A stretch of 64,000 nt of DNA from Octopus sinensis (GCF_006345805.1 NC_043005.1:95418001-95482000), one strand, 5' to 3'; shown: positions 1 to 13,698, numbered from the stretch's first letter. Numbers and translations: made by a program. Notes: generated by a model not told the origin, from the sequence alone.

Positions 1-1272
1 GAATTATCTTTTATAATGCTTTTACATTTATAGTGCAAAACTTTTGCGCCACAAAATTTATTCCCACTTCACATTTAAACGAACACACCTGTTGAACGAA
101 ATCAAAGGCTTGGAGTAACGAGAAAAGGAAATGAGACGATACAAGTAAAGAATGAAAGAACAAAAATCGGAAATAAGAGAAAGTTTAAAACGAAATCAAC
201 GGATAAGGAGAGAAGACAACTGAGGAGAAACGTGTAAGATACCAACGATATCAAAGAAGAAGAAGTCAACTGATACGAAGAGAGAACACGGTCGGTGAAG
301 AGCGAGGTGATTGTGATAAAAAAAATTGAGAGACAGGGAGAAGAGCGACGAAGTAAGATGAATGAAGAAGAGCGACCAAAATTCTAGGAAGAACTACGAA
401 AAAGGAATCATGTAAGAAAAGAAAACGGGAAGGAAAAACGTGTTTTCCTCAGTTTGAGAAATGTTCAAAGAAGAGGTGAACGTTAGAGATGGTTTCGTGT
501 TCCTAAAATACAACACCAAAATGAACAATCTTTCTGTTATTCATTAACCGTCATCTAACCATTATTAGGGTAACCGTTATCTAGCAAATGGTCATAAAGA
601 CTTTTGGCACAATGAAACAATGTCATGAAGATTTTTTAGCTTTTATTTGTTTCAGTCTTTGGACTGAGATCATGCCAGAGCACTGCTTTGGAGAGTTGTC
701 TTATTTTAAAGTAGGTAATTATTTATCGCTCTTTTTTGCCGAACCACTTTGTTACAAGGAAGTGATCAAACCAACACCGGTTGTCATGCGGTGGTGCAGA
801 CAAACACAAAGACACAGAACACATATATACATGGTTACAAACCGAACTTCTAAACCACACAGCCAAATTTATGCTAAAAAATAAAGAAAGAAAATTACAA
901 TTTCTACGAATCCTGCAATGTAATACAATTTCACAGAAAATATTGTTTCAAACAGGAAAGCGTGCCGTAGCGGAACATCGCTAGACAGGGTAATCCTAAA
1001 TGGGGTTTAACTCTATATATTTGATTCAAAAACATCACTTTGCTCTATTTCAATACATTTTATCTTCAATTGTTTCCATATTTTCTTCATTATTTGCTAT
1101 TTACTGTTAGTGCTGTCACGACTCCTGTCGTAATTTTTGTTGATGCTGTTACATTTGGAAACTTCCTTTTGAGGTCACATGTGCTTATCGCCAGGTTGAT
1201 CAACTTTACAAAAATGGATGGTATGTGTACTTTTAATGTATATGTGTTTCTGTGTGTGCGTGTGTGTGTGTA

Positions 1273-1313
<41 letters not shown>

Positions 1314-1777
1314 GTGTGTAGACATCGTCTGTGTTATGGCTACCTCAGGTTACATAAATTATAAAATATGGCCACTAATTTCGAAATGCGGTCTGTTATT
1401 TTGCCCCTATGCAGATTCATATGGATTTTAAGAATTTTAAATCTACACGTTTCTCTTAGTCTGATGACCGCTTCTCGACGTTTTAGCTAAGACGTCAGTT
1501 GTTAATAATATGAAAAACTATAATTACGAAACATAGATACATATCTACAATATAGATGCGTGTGTATGCCATAAAGACTCGGAAACGGTGCATCCTTGAG
1601 AAAAACGAATTTGATTTTCAAAATCTGTATCCCAATGACAATATCGTCCGTAAATAATAATCGAAATATATAAGTTGTTATGAGAAGCTACTCAACTTTT
1701 CGATCGACAACTCTTCTACTCTCTATCTGTCACCATGAATCAACCTCACCCTATTATTTACTACACTCTTTATCACA

Positions 1778-1779
<2 letters not shown>

Positions 1780-1869
<90 letters not shown>
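1780..1869. repeat. (CT)n microsatellite
   Basis: Pure dinucleotide run. Confidence 0.98.
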
Positions 1870-1873
<4 letters not shown>

Positions 1874-3234
1874 ATATACTATCTCCCACGCTTTCATTTT
1901 GTGTAAAGCTTCGTCTTCTAATGTTCACATTCAATTTATCAGAACGCACATATCCTGTTTTCTGATTGGGTTAAAATGATGAAACTTTAAACCTTTTTAA
2001 ACATTTTTCTGAAATAAATTAATCACAAGCCACACAGATTATTTTTCTCTTAGTAACAGCCTCTACCTTTCTCTTAAATTTTATTCAGTTAACATAATTA
2101 GGCGCTATCACAGTTCGAAGCTATATATCCAGGAATATTATCGTTAGATTTCTTCCTCATGACAAAATTTGTTCTGTTGTTTGAACTAATGTACATATCA
2201 TAGTCGTGCAATCGAATATATGCCATTTCTCTATTATGAAAGTTTATAATTTTTATGAACATATTTGAGAAAAAAATAGTCTACAGCGATAAAGACCAGT
2301 TATTTATCATGCATTCATTCGTTGAATAGTAACATTTACCACACAAATAAGACTTAAGAATTATCCAACTTGAAATAGCAGTGGTCCAAGGGACACAACT
2401 TCAAAATAGTGAGTAACCAGTTTTTAAAAGAAAAAAGATTTCTAAGATGTAATTGTTCAACAAAACGTTTTATCTGAGATCGTGTATCTAAAAAACATAA
2501 ATTACATCATGGGAGAGCCAGAAAAGTAATCCTTTGAACCTTAAAACTTCACAAAAACTGTATTTTCCATTTATTTCGTGGGAAGTTAAACTCTTTGACC
2601 CCACTGAGGTAACTAGTGATAAAATAAAATAAAGTCTGCTTGAAGGGAAACAACTCTGGTTATCTTAACTCTCAGATAGGCACACACGCACATTGGCCCA
2701 CACACATGCGCACAAACAAACAAAAGGGAACAAAAGACTATTGAAAAGGTTGCAAGACGCAACGAAAATTTTAGGAAAATAAAAATAAGAAATTTTAAGG
2801 CATAAAAAGAAAATAACTCTCCCCAGACACAACAGAATATGCTTCAACACACGAACTCATATAAAGAATCTTGCAAACCAAATCCAAAAACGAAATATAT
2901 ATAAGATTTGTGGGAAAACTGTGGTCCATGGATCATTCTGAATGGCTCGCCAAACGAAAAATTACCTTAAAACTGAAAGAATCTTAACGTATATGCGTGC
3001 GTGTGTGTGTGTGTATGTGTGGTGTGTGTGTGTGTGTGTGTGTGTGTACTTGCGTTTGGTTGTCGACCACCACCGCTTGACAACCGGTATTGGTGTGTTT
3101 ACGTTCCCAGTTTGGCAAAAGGTACATATAGAATAAATACTAGGATTAAAAACTAAGTACTGGGGTCGATTGATTCAACTCAAAAGTGCTTCAAAGACGG
3201 TGCCCCAGCATGGCCGCAGTCTAGTGACTGAATC

Positions 3235-3285
<51 letters not shown>

Positions 3286-3308
3286 ATATTATATATATAT
3301 ATATAATA

Positions 3309-3340
<32 letters not shown>

Positions 3341-4643
3341 CATACATACAATTGACCTGGAAATTGCAACAAATCATATCGCATTTGGCCTTCTTGGAAA
3401 CGGACACATTGGATAATGTGGTCCCGGTTCCTTTCTCAAAGAGAAAAGTGGGGATGGCTACGGTTGCAATGCTTTTAATATGAGACTACTGCGAAGGCAA
3501 TGATCTGGCAGAATCGGTAGCACGTTGGGCATTTCATCCGTCTTTATGTTCTGAGTTCAAATTCCATCGAGGTCGACATTACCTTTTTTTTTTTTTTGTG
3601 GTTAATGAAATAAGTACCAGTTGAGTACTGGTGTCGATGTAATCGACTATCCGCCTCCCTCCAAACGTCATGCTTTGTGCCTATAGCAGAAAGGACATTT
3701 GACCACTCACCATGAGACCTGACGTGCGGTTAAACCGCAGCACCAGCAGCAGCAGCCGTTCAAGAATTTGGACCTGGAGATCTCCATTTCCAGCGATTTC
3801 AAAGGCCACCTCCCAGTGGTGTCGGGTGTCAACGAAGAGCCCTCGACTACAAGGCGACCAAAGGGTTTTTTTTTCCAAGGTCTGGGGTCTCCCGCCCCTA
3901 AGCCCTAGACCATCACCTAATCACCCTTACCCGTCTTGTTGCTCAACAACAAAAACAACAACCTCATCATCATCACTACTGCTGAATGCCTTTGTCTTAC
4001 ATATCACTCACCATTAAAAGTACCGTCTTAAAACATTGACATATTGGGCGCAGTCGCCCCAGGTGGCTCACGGGTCTTGAGACCCAATTCTGATCTATGT
4101 ATACTATGGCTTGAAATCAATAAATAACTAACAAAGGACTAAATGCATTGTTTTGTCCGTGAAGTTACACTGCTGCTAAGACGGCCCTGCCCACTATGTC
4201 ACCGCTGCCCCTCTTTGAACCAAATTTATTGTAGTAATTACTATGTGATAAATAATCCTTTCTGCTTAAGACACAAGACCTGGAGTTCGTGAGGAGGGGA
4301 ATAGTCGATTACATCGACGCCAGTGTTTCATTGGTACTTAATTTATTGATACCGAAAGGATAAAAAGCGTAGTCGACCTCAGAGGAATTTGAACTCAGAA
4401 CATAAAGGCGGACAAAATGCCGTTAAGCATATTGCCAGGCGTGCTAATGATTCTGCCAGCTCGCCACCTTACTATAATGATAAATAATGTCTACTAAATT
4501 AGTCTGATAAGTAAAACTGAACTCTTTAGAAGAGTGTTACTCAAATGGGTTCTGGCGAACTACAAGGTTATGTGAAAAAGTTAGGAGTTACGCGCAATAA
4601 AATGCTTTTCACATAGAATTAAATAAATATTCGTTTTATTAAG

Positions 4644-4688
<45 letters not shown>

Positions 4689-5349
4689 ATGCATGTATGT
4701 ATGTATGTATGTATGTATGTATGTATGTATGTATGTATGTATGTATGTGTCAGGTCTCCGCTTGGAGCTACTGGTAACATGTAACCCAGTACAACCTGTT
4801 ACATGGTCGGGTCGTTGGCGACTAAACTGGCAACCCCACCAAGATTTCTTGGTGAGGAGGGTGATTTGGACACCCAGCAGGACTAAAAACAAAACCTGTC
4901 AAAGGGCAGAGGAACTCTCTCATGAGTCAATGGCCATCCAAAATCCGGAGTGGAGCCCCTAAGGCGGTTGGATTGCGCCATGCGTGCCACCTTCCGGCAG
5001 CTCCTGCATCTTGGTCTACCCCCAGTCGTCTTGACTTTGTCTTGCCACTGGATCCGGCGCACCAGGACGAGAGAGTGAGGCTGATCCTGCGCAAGTCACC
5101 CTCACTATAATCCAAGTCACGCGCATGTCACGACATCATGACGCCATGACACCATCCCAAAGTCCTGTGGCGATGGGGAAACGGCGAAGTAGCAGGTGAG
5201 GATACACTGGGAGCTGCAGTCGTGAACCCACACACAGGCGGCTCAGGACATGTGGTCGCCCCTCACTGAACTGAGGCAGCAGTGGAGTCCGGCAGCCTCC
5301 TGAGTGACCGAGCAGCCCTCTTCAGGATCGCTCTGCTCGCCTCCCCAGC

Positions 5350-6789
5350 ATGAGGACGGGGCTAGAAAAGGTTGCCCTAAACATAGCCTGCCTCACCTCA
5401 CCCTGGTCAGCAAACCGCGGCTGGCGGGGATCCTTTCCAAGCGGTCGAAACAAAGAAAGAAGAAAACAAACAAAGGTGCTCACTTTCGCAACTTGGAACG
5501 TGAGAACTCTGCTTGACAACACCAAAGCGGACAGACCAGAGAGACGAACTGCCCTGGTGGCCAGAGAACTGAGCCGATACAGTGTCGATATTGCAGCACT
5601 GAGCGAGACCCGCCTTGCGGACAAAGGCCAGCTGACAGAGACAGGCGGCGGCTACACTTTCTTTTGGAGTGGTCGCAGCAGCGAAGAGCGTCGTGAGGCT
5701 GGTGTTGGTTTTGCCATTAAGTCAGTACATGTGCGGAAACTGGAAAGCCCCCCCGAGGGTATCAACGATCGGCTGATGAAGATGCAGCTCCCACTTGGAA
5801 ACAAGACTAGTGCGACCATCATCAGTGCTTACGCCCCCACCATGACCAACCCTGAAGAAATTAAGGACAGGTTCTATGAGGAACTCGACTCCCTCATCAC
5901 GTCAGCCCAGCCTGGGAAGCTCATCCTCCTTGGGGATTTTAATGCCCGTGTCGGGACTGACCACCAAGCCTGGCATCGCGTACTGGGAAAGCAAGGAATC
6001 GGAAAGTGCAACAGCAACGGACAGCTCCCCCTGCGTGCGTGTGCCTCTCATGATCTTACCATCGCCAACACCTTGTTCCGTCTGCCAACACGCAACAAGA
6101 CATCATGGATGCATCCACGCTCCAAACACTGGCATCTGATAGATTACGTCATCGTCAGGGCGAAAGACAGGCGGGACGTGAGACTGGTCAAAGCCATGTG
6201 CGGAGCTGACTGCTGGACGGACCATCGCCTCATCATCTCCAGGATGGATTTCTACATCCGACCTAAGAGAAGACCACAGGGTCAGAAAGTGACGAGGAAG
6301 CTTAACATCACGAAATTAAGGAACCAGCTGACTGCACAAGATCTCCAGTCACGTATGGACAGTAAGCTGTTGGACATTCGGAGTGACCAGTCCAGCATCG
6401 ATGAGCAGTGGGAATCATTCAGGGACACGGTTCATTCCATCGCCCTTGAAACTCTGGGCCAAATTACGAGGAACCACCAGGACTGGTTCGACGAAAACGA
6501 CCAGGAAATCCAAAAGCTCCTGGAAGAGAAACGCCGTCTGCTGCGGGCTCACCAAAATGATACCACCTGCACGGCAAAGAAGGCCGCTTTCAACAACATT
6601 CGCAGCACAGTCCAGGCTAAACTCCGCCTCATGCAAGATGCATGGTTAAGCGCCAAGGCGGATGAGATTCAGAGATACGCAGACAAACACGACACCAAGA
6701 AATTCTACGAGGCGCTGAAAGCTGTCTATGGACCGCAGTTCTCCTTTGGATCACCCCCCTGCTCAGCTCAGATGGAACCTCACTCCTGA
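5350..6789 (+). CDS. RTE LINE ORF, N-terminal part: apurinic-like endonuclease
   Basis: Motifs TWNVRTL, IAALSETR, SAYAPT, LLGDFNARVG, HWHLIDYV and WTDHRL. The frame shifts at the C6 run at 6754-6759. Confidence 0.93.
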   Translation: MRTGLEKVALNIACLTSPWSANRGWRGSFPSGRNKERRKQTKVLTFATWNVRTLLDNTKADRPERRTALVARELSRYSVDIAALSETRLADKGQLTETGGGYTFFWSGRSSEERREAGVGFAIKSVHVRKLESPPEGINDRLMKMQLPLGNKTSATIISAYAPTMTNPEEIKDRFYEELDSLITSAQPGKLILLGDFNARVGTDHQAWHRVLGKQGIGKCNSNGQLPLRACASHDLTIANTLFRLPTRNKTSWMHPRSKHWHLIDYVIVRAKDRRDVRLVKAMCGADCWTDHRLIISRMDFYIRPKRRPQGQKVTRKLNITKLRNQLTAQDLQSRMDSKLLDIRSDQSSIDEQWESFRDTVHSIALETLGQITRNHQDWFDENDQEIQKLLEEKRRLLRAHQNDTTCTAKKAAFNNIRSTVQAKLRLMQDAWLSAKADEIQRYADKHDTKKFYEALKAVYGPQFSFGSPPCSAQMEPHS

Positions 6790-8678
6790 CTAACAAGAGG
6801 CTGATCCTGGAGAGATGGGCGGAGCACTTCAACATCGTGCTCAACCGACCAGCCCAGATCAACGAGGAAGCCATCGCACGACTCCCCCAGGTGCCGACAA
6901 ACCACGAGTTGGCTGTTCCCCCTGCAGTCGGGGAAGTGAGCAGAGCCATCAAAAAAATGTCCACCGGCAAAGCTCCAGGCTCTGACGCCATCCCTGCAGA
7001 GGTGTTCAAGTCGGGAGGCCCCACCATGATCAGTCAGCTCACCAGCCTGTTCCAGTCGATGTGGGACAGGGAACAACTCCCTCAAGATTTCCGGGATGCA
7101 ACAATCGTCCACATTTATAAGCGGAAAGGAGATCGGCAGTCCTGCGACAACCACCGAGGTATTTCCCTCTTGTCCATAGCAGGCAAGATCCTGGCCCGGG
7201 TCCTGCTTGACCGCCTTCTGGAACACTTGGAGCAAGGCCTTCTCCCTGAGAGCCAGTGTGGCTTCCGTGCGGGTCGAGGGACCACTGACATGATATTCGC
7301 CGCCCGCCAGCTCCAGGAGAAATGCATGGAGCAGCACCTTGACCTCTGCATGACCTTTGTTGACCTCACCAAGGCCTTTGATACAGTCAGTCGGGAGGGA
7401 CTATGGAAGGTCATGGGAAATTTTGGTTGCCCCAGCAAATTTATTGCAATTGTCCGCCAGTTCCACGACGGAATGACAGCCAGAATCCTTGAGGACGGCG
7501 ACTCATCTGAAGCCTTCCAGGTGACCAACGGAGTCAGGCAGGGCTGTGTCCTGGCCCCAACACTGTTCAGCATCATGTTCTCGGCAATGATGTCCGACGC
7601 CTTTAGGGACTGCAAGTCCGGTATCAACATCAAGTACAGGACAGACGGGAAACTTTTCAACTCCAGGAGATTGCAGGCTGTCACAAAGGTGAGGGAGACA
7701 GTCGTCAGAGACTTTCTCTTTGCTGACGACTGCGCCCTTAATGCAATCGATGAGCAGGAGATGCAGCTCGAGATGGACAGGTTCTCATCAGCCTGTGACA
7801 ACTTCGGTCTCACCATCAGTGCCAAGAAAACCGAAGTAATGTTTCAGCCAGCCCCCGGCAAACAATACCATGAGCCTCAGATAAGGGTGAACGGACGGAT
7901 CTTACGAGTGGTGGAAAACTTCACCTACCTGGGCAGCACTCTCTCCTGCAATGCCAACATAGATGCTGAAACCATCAACAGAATCTCCAAGGCAAGCAGC
8001 GCGTTTGGGAGACTGCGAAAGAAAGTCTGGGAGCGGAGAGGAATCAGCCTCAACACCAAGCTGAAAGTCTACCGGGCAGTCGTGCTTACCACTCTACTAT
8101 ACGGCTGCGAGACGTGGACTGCTTACCGAAGGCACGAGCGCCAGATAAACCACTTCCATCTCAGGTGTCTTCGGAATCTCCTTCACATCCGCTGGCAGGA
8201 CAAAGTCCCAGACACGGAAGTTCTGAAGCAGGCAGATCTCCCTAGCACCATCACAATCATGCGCAAGGCCCAGCTGAGATGGGCAGGCCACGTCTCCCGC
8301 ATGTCCGACACTCGCATCCCAAAACAGCTCTTCTACGGTGAACTCGGCCAGGGCAGGCGCAAAGTCGGAGGGCAGAAAAAGCGCTACAAGGATAGTCTCA
8401 AGGTCTCTCTCAAAGACTTCTCCATCGGAACAGAGACCTGGGAGACACTTGCTGCCAACCGCTCATCCTGGCGCAGCGCAATCACCGTGGGAGCAGGGAC
8501 AGCCGAGGAGGGACAGATTCGGTCAGCGGAGCAGAAACGTCAGATGCGTAAAGTCAGAGCCGCCTGCACCAGTAGCACTGCCCCTACCCACTTCTGCCCC
8601 ACCTGTGGGAGGGGCTTCCTTGCCCGGATTGGCCTCACCAGCCACCTCCGGTCTCATGGCGGCAGTTCCATCAGATGA
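6759..8678 (+). CDS. RTE LINE ORF, C-terminal part: reverse transcriptase + C2H2 zinc finger
   Basis: The second frame reads LLSSDGTSLLTNKRLILERWAEHF from ~6759. Motifs: KAPGSD, ESQCGFR, FVDLTKAFD, GVRQGCVLAP, FADD, FTYLGS and CPTCGRGFLARIGLTSHLRSH. Confidence 0.93.
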   Translation: MLSSDGTSLLTNKRLILERWAEHFNIVLNRPAQINEEAIARLPQVPTNHELAVPPAVGEVSRAIKKMSTGKAPGSDAIPAEVFKSGGPTMISQLTSLFQSMWDREQLPQDFRDATIVHIYKRKGDRQSCDNHRGISLLSIAGKILARVLLDRLLEHLEQGLLPESQCGFRAGRGTTDMIFAARQLQEKCMEQHLDLCMTFVDLTKAFDTVSREGLWKVMGNFGCPSKFIAIVRQFHDGMTARILEDGDSSEAFQVTNGVRQGCVLAPTLFSIMFSAMMSDAFRDCKSGINIKYRTDGKLFNSRRLQAVTKVRETVVRDFLFADDCALNAIDEQEMQLEMDRFSSACDNFGLTISAKKTEVMFQPAPGKQYHEPQIRVNGRILRVVENFTYLGSTLSCNANIDAETINRISKASSAFGRLRKKVWERRGISLNTKLKVYRAVVLTTLLYGCETWTAYRRHERQINHFHLRCLRNLLHIRWQDKVPDTEVLKQADLPSTITIMRKAQLRWAGHVSRMSDTRIPKQLFYGELGQGRRKVGGQKKRYKDSLKVSLKDFSIGTETWETLAANRSSWRSAITVGAGTAEEGQIRSAEQKRQMRKVRAACTSSTAPTHFCPTCGRGFLARIGLTSHLRSHGGSSIR

Positions 8679-8716
8679 TGTCAGTTGGTCATCTTCGAAC
8701 CGAAGGACGAACATTA

Positions 8717-9650
8717 TTATGTATAAAAGCGGCGGACGCTCTATTCTGTGGTACACACCCCCATTCTCGCTTAACGTTAAGAACTTAACTAAATCCTTCT
8801 TTAAAATACTAGACTCTAACTTCTCTCGGCAACATAAATATCATTCTATCTTTAACAGATCCACCCTGAAACTATCTTATTCTACCTCACCCAACTTCGA
8901 ATCTATTGTAGCAGCCTCTAATAAGCAAACGCTTTCTCTTTACTATCAAAACTCACATAACTACAACTCTAGTCATACGAACACTCAACACACACACACA
9001 GCTCCAGCACAGATACCCTTACATTATACCACAACCACAGCCCAACCTATCTACTAACACTGTCCAAAACACCACCACAATCTCTACCGCCCTTACAAAT
9101 AGTACAAATAAAAACAATAGTAATAATAGCAATGATGGTAATGATAACGTTAATAATACTAATAATATAGAATCTTCTACACCCTTCTTTAACCTCTCCT
9201 CTGACGATATTACCTCCTCTATTCCTGAACACAGTCCCCAAAATTCACCATCTGCCCGTTACAAGCCCATTGCAGAAGATATAATGTAATTTACAAATGC
9301 AGTGTCCTTAATCTATTACACAACTCTACAGCCATTTATATAGGATCAACCAAATATTTTAAGCAACGATATGTCGCTCACCTCCATTCTTTTAAATACG
9401 ACAAACATAGTAAATCTACAACACTCGCCAACCACATACACCATCTCATAAATACAAATATACCCTATACTGGATTCAGGGTATCCCTACCGAGGTCAAC
9501 GCTCAACCTGCAAACATTGCCTGAAGGAGGCACTTCACATATTAAAGCACAACTCTCTAGCACTGCTAAATAAACATAATGAGGCACTAAGCACATGCAA
9601 CCACCGCTTTTTTCACACATTCAAATTCTACCACAAATCCAAATGCCTAA
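8717..9650 (+). mobile_element. Penelope-like element 3' fragment (post-RT linker + GIY-YIG endonuclease), frameshifted
   Basis: ILWYTPPFSLNVKNLTKSFFKILDSNF...FNRSTLKLSYS is the PLE linker. The region ~9254-9440 reads CPLQAHC..NVIYKC...IYIGSTKYFKQRYVAHLHSF..STTLANHI. Confidence 0.85.
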
Positions 9651-10821
9651 ACGACTATACAGTACATTTCCACAATACCCTTTAGGTAATCCCAATAATC
9701 TTATAAATCTACATTTTAACTCTTAATCCCTATTTAATTCCTCACTCATACTCGAATATCACAACCATCTAATTATATTCGTGTGTATATGCGTGCATGC
9801 ATATGTGCGTATATATATATATGTGTGTGTGTACGCGTGTATGTATGTGTGTTAGTGTATGTATGTATGTATGTATTATGTATGTATGTATGTATGTATG
9901 TATGTATGTATGTATGTATGTATGTATGCAAGATATGTATACCTGCGTATACAGGGGTGATAATACATACAGATACACGTATATATGGATGTGCATGTGT
10001 ACAGATACACATGAGTACATGTTGTATATGTAGATATGGATATGTATAAACATCTGTATAAATATATCTATATATACATGTCTAATATATACATATGTAT
10101 ACATTTTCACATACATATTTCCTTCTACCACTAAGCACTGACCTGTCCAACCACTTAATCTATATTCCTAAATCCGTCATTCCATACTATTACCCCTCTC
10201 TCTCTCCCCCCCATCACTTAGCCTCTATCACTACTTAACTGACACTCCTATACTGTTTATACCTCTCTCTCTCTCTCTATCACCACCACCACCTCATTCC
10301 TTCTATCTTTTTACACTCTAATACATTTCTCTCTCTATCACCCTCATCTCCCTATTCCTGCTTGCAAATTATCTTGACTGACCACTAACTGGTACACTTT
10401 CCCTTATTATCTCTCTCGTTTTTCTTTTTTCTTTCTTTTCTTTATTCCTCTCTTCCTGTTTTTTCCTTCTTTTATTCTTCTCTTTTTTTCTTCTCTTTTT
10501 TCTTTTTTCTTTATTCCTCTCTTCCTGTTTTCGATTTGACCTTACAAATACATTCCCTACTTTTAGGTCACTTTAAATAAAACCTTTGATTCAATAACAC
10601 TGTGTATAAACTCTATACTTGGAATGACCAATTCTAAATACTATTGGAATTTACTCATAAGGTATTAGAATCTTATATGTATACCATTCTGCCTAAATAA
10701 TGGATCTACAAATGCAATATCCCTGCATATCTCACATCTATTTTCATTCCTCCACTTCACTCTCTATTTCGTATCTTATCTAAATTAACTATTGCTTAAC
10801 CACCTGCTCACACCGTCTCCG

Positions 10822-10911
<90 letters not shown>

Positions 10912-11003
10912 TTATATATATATATATCACCTGTTTCAACATAACTGTAATATATACAAAGTATGCCATTTTAATCCCGATCAACGCCGGGTATCTCTGT
11001 TGG

Positions 11004-11056
<53 letters not shown>

Positions 11057-11154
11057 TGATAAAACAGTAAGATAACAAAAGAAAGAAAGAGACCTCAATA
11101 TTATGTAAATAGAGGAAATTTATCTATACAATATGTTACATTACTCGGTAGTCA

Positions 11155-11218
11155 AGATAAAACTCTTGAGTTTCAGATGCCGAAGTGGAAATCCACAACA
11201 CCATCTCTTCGGTTATCT
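11155..11218 (-). ncRNA. Type I hammerhead ribozyme variant (CCGAAGA core)
   Basis: Inverted copy of the motif at 12494-12556: agataa-CCGAAGA-gatg...catc-t-GAAA-ctc-aa-gagtt-ttatct. Confidence 0.65.
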
Positions 11219-12493
11219 GGCTATTTGAAAACGTTATGAAAAAATACCGTTAAATAAAGGGAAATTACTCTTTTATAACTCTGCTTGCCTGCGTACTTAT
11301 ACATCGCTCGCATTTTTCGTCATAAAAATTATATAAAAATATATAAAAAAAATATATAAAAAATATATAAAAATATATAAAAATATATAAATTCTTCTTG
11401 GGACATAACATAGAAAGCATGTTCTATCTGTTTTCTTTAGGGAACCAAAAACGTAACAGAAATTTAGTCACATGTGGGCATGATCCGAAAAGCTCTGTCC
11501 TTGTATTTAGACATGTAGTAGGGTCTAAGCTGCTTTTCCAGATAAGCCATCTCTCCATGTCGCATAGACCGCACCTTCCGCTGCCGTTAGTATAGGGCTT
11601 ACATCTGGCCAAAATCTTCCATTGTATGTTATAATCGACACCTTTATCTCTTAAAGACCAAATATGATTAGACAATTGTGTCGCTTTTCTTTTGTTCCAG
11701 TGCCTAAAGCTCAAAGTGTGGTTATTGAACCTGGCCTTGAAATTACCATCTGTAAGGCCCACGTATTTCTTCGTCGAAACGGTGTCTTTAGTGGTTATAG
11801 AGTTTCCTTAGATCTTAATAAGAATATTTATAAGCCTTATAGGAAGCCCAATGATAGACTAAGTTATATTAATGTAGGTTCATGCCATCCCCCTATAGTA
11901 TTCAAAAATTTAGTTAAAAATATTAGTAAGAGGATTTCTAGCCTCTCATCTGATGAGGACATCTTCAATAGCGTTGCCCCAGTTTATAATAAGGCTTTAA
12001 AAGATAGTGGTTTTAGCGATAAAATAAAATATACACCTATCACTAAAATATACACCTATCAGTAAGGAAAAGGAATAATAGAAATAGGAAGGTCATCTGG
12101 TTTACGCCCCCTTACTCACCCGAGGTGGCCTTCAATATAGGTAAATGGAGAGATGGCTTATCTGGAAAAGCAGCTTAGACCCTACTACATGTCTAAATAC
12201 AAGGACAGAGCTTTTCGGATCATGCCCACATGTGACTAAATTTCTGTTACGTTTTTGGTTCCCTAAAGAAAACAGATAGAACATGCTTTCTATGTTATGT
12301 CCCAAGAAGAATTTATATATTTTTATATATTTTTATATATTTTTATATATTTTTTATATATTTTTTTATATATTTTTATATAATTTTTATGACGAAAAAT
12401 GCGAGCGATGTATAAGTACGCAGGCAAGCAGAGTTATAACAGAGTAATTTCCCTTTATTTAACGGTATTTTTTCATAACGTTTTCAAATAGCC

Positions 12494-12556
12494 AGATAAC
12501 CGAAGAGATGGTGCTGTGGATTTCCACTTCGGCATCTGAAACTCAGAGTTTTATCT
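12494..12556 (+). ncRNA. Type I hammerhead ribozyme variant (CCGAAGA core)
   Basis: Stem I agataa/ttatct, core CCGAAGA at 12500-12506, stem II gatg/catc, GAAA at 12538-12541 and a tiny stem III actc/gagt. Predicted cut after GUU at ~12550. It lies in the PLE pseudo-LTR. Confidence 0.65.
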
Positions 12557-12578
12557 TGACTACCGAGTAATGTAACAT

Positions 12579-12660
<82 letters not shown>

Positions 12661-12717
12661 TATATATATATATATATATAATATGTATGTATACACACAC
12701 ACACTCTCTCTCACACA

Positions 12718-12763
<46 letters not shown>

Positions 12764-12813
12764 GTAACGTCTTTCTTTTGTTATCCACTTTTACACCTAT
12801 TCTGAACACTCAG

Positions 12814-12982
12814 TATAAGATCGCTAACATTATCTGGAGCACATTAGCGACATCAGTTTCAAATGGAAAGGAAATTACCGAACAATTGGTGTTGCTCGCC
12901 ATGTCGACATTAAAACGTCACAAAGTGTGTAGTTATGTAGTTCACCTTTTTTCCATACGGCCTAACATGCAATCAGAAACGG
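12814..12982 (+). CDS. Weak plus-strand candidate exon
   Basis: Pyrimidine-rich ...ctcag| acceptor, G|gtgagt donor and an open frame (YKIANIIWSTLA...MQSET). No partner exon confirmed. Confidence 0.25.
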
Positions 12983-13025
12983 GTGAGTGTCAAATAGAGG
13001 AAGTTTAAAAGCACACACATACATT

Positions 13026-13057
<32 letters not shown>

Positions 13058-13144
13058 TGTATGTATGTATATTTGTGGAGGACATACATCGACACAAATG
13101 TGCACGCACACACTCACGTATATATACATATATATACATATATA

Positions 13145-13176
<32 letters not shown>

Positions 13177-13347
13177 GCGACAGGCTTCTTTCAGTTTCCA
13201 CCCACCAAATTCACGCACAAAGCTTTGATCAACCTGTAGCTATAGAAGAAGATACTCGCCCAAGGCGCCACGCTGTGGGAATGAAGTCAGAACCAAGTGG
13301 GTGCGTGATAACTGTCTTACTACAGTCATGCACACACACACACACAC

Positions 13348-13426
<79 letters not shown>

Positions 13427-13698
13427 TCATATAAATGATAACGATAATCACTGTGGTTTGAACAATTAGCTTTACGTCCACCAAACTTCTATAGAGAAAT
13501 TCTTTCCAAAGCCTTCGAACATTCTTTCCCTCTCCACTTGTTCCCTACCTATTATTCCTTTAACCCTTCTCTTCCTACTATCTATCTTTGACGTCACTTC
13601 TTCTAACGGTTTTTTTAAAAAAAAACACTCATTATCGCTTTGTTTACCATGTAGGCAGTCATCGAAATTTTTGTTTGTCTTGTTGTCGAGAGAGGCTC

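Larger units (their letters stand above)
4750..8716 (+). mobile_element. Near full-length RTE-clade LINE (5'UTR, APE-RT ORF, short 3'UTR)
   Basis: GC-rich block starting right after (ATGT)n. It has APE and RT motifs, a C-terminal C2H2 finger, and a 3' end with hairpin cttcg-aac-cgaag followed by a short (att)n tail. Confidence 0.95.
11125..12586. mobile_element. Rearranged Penelope-like element with ~435-bp inverted pseudo-LTRs
   Basis: 11125-11558 is the reverse complement of 12145-12586. A minus-strand GIY-YIG piece (11424-11775: YVGLTDGNFKARFNNH...RCGLC...LNTRTELFGSCPH) joins a plus-strand RT thumb/linker (11790-12144: YKPYRKPND...SCHPP...KVIWFTPPYS). Confidence 0.9.

Noticed and set aside
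1111-1220. Plus-strand exon candidate (ttag|...G|gtatgt)
   Set aside because: No recognisable peptide, and the phase is incompatible with the next plus-strand candidate.
1380-1480. CTGATGA near an upstream GAAA, suggesting a hammerhead
   Set aside because: No consistent stems I-III could be drawn.
4750-5350. HDV-like ribozyme in the RTE 5'UTR
   Set aside because: Plausible for RTEs, but I could not build the nested double pseudoknot by eye.
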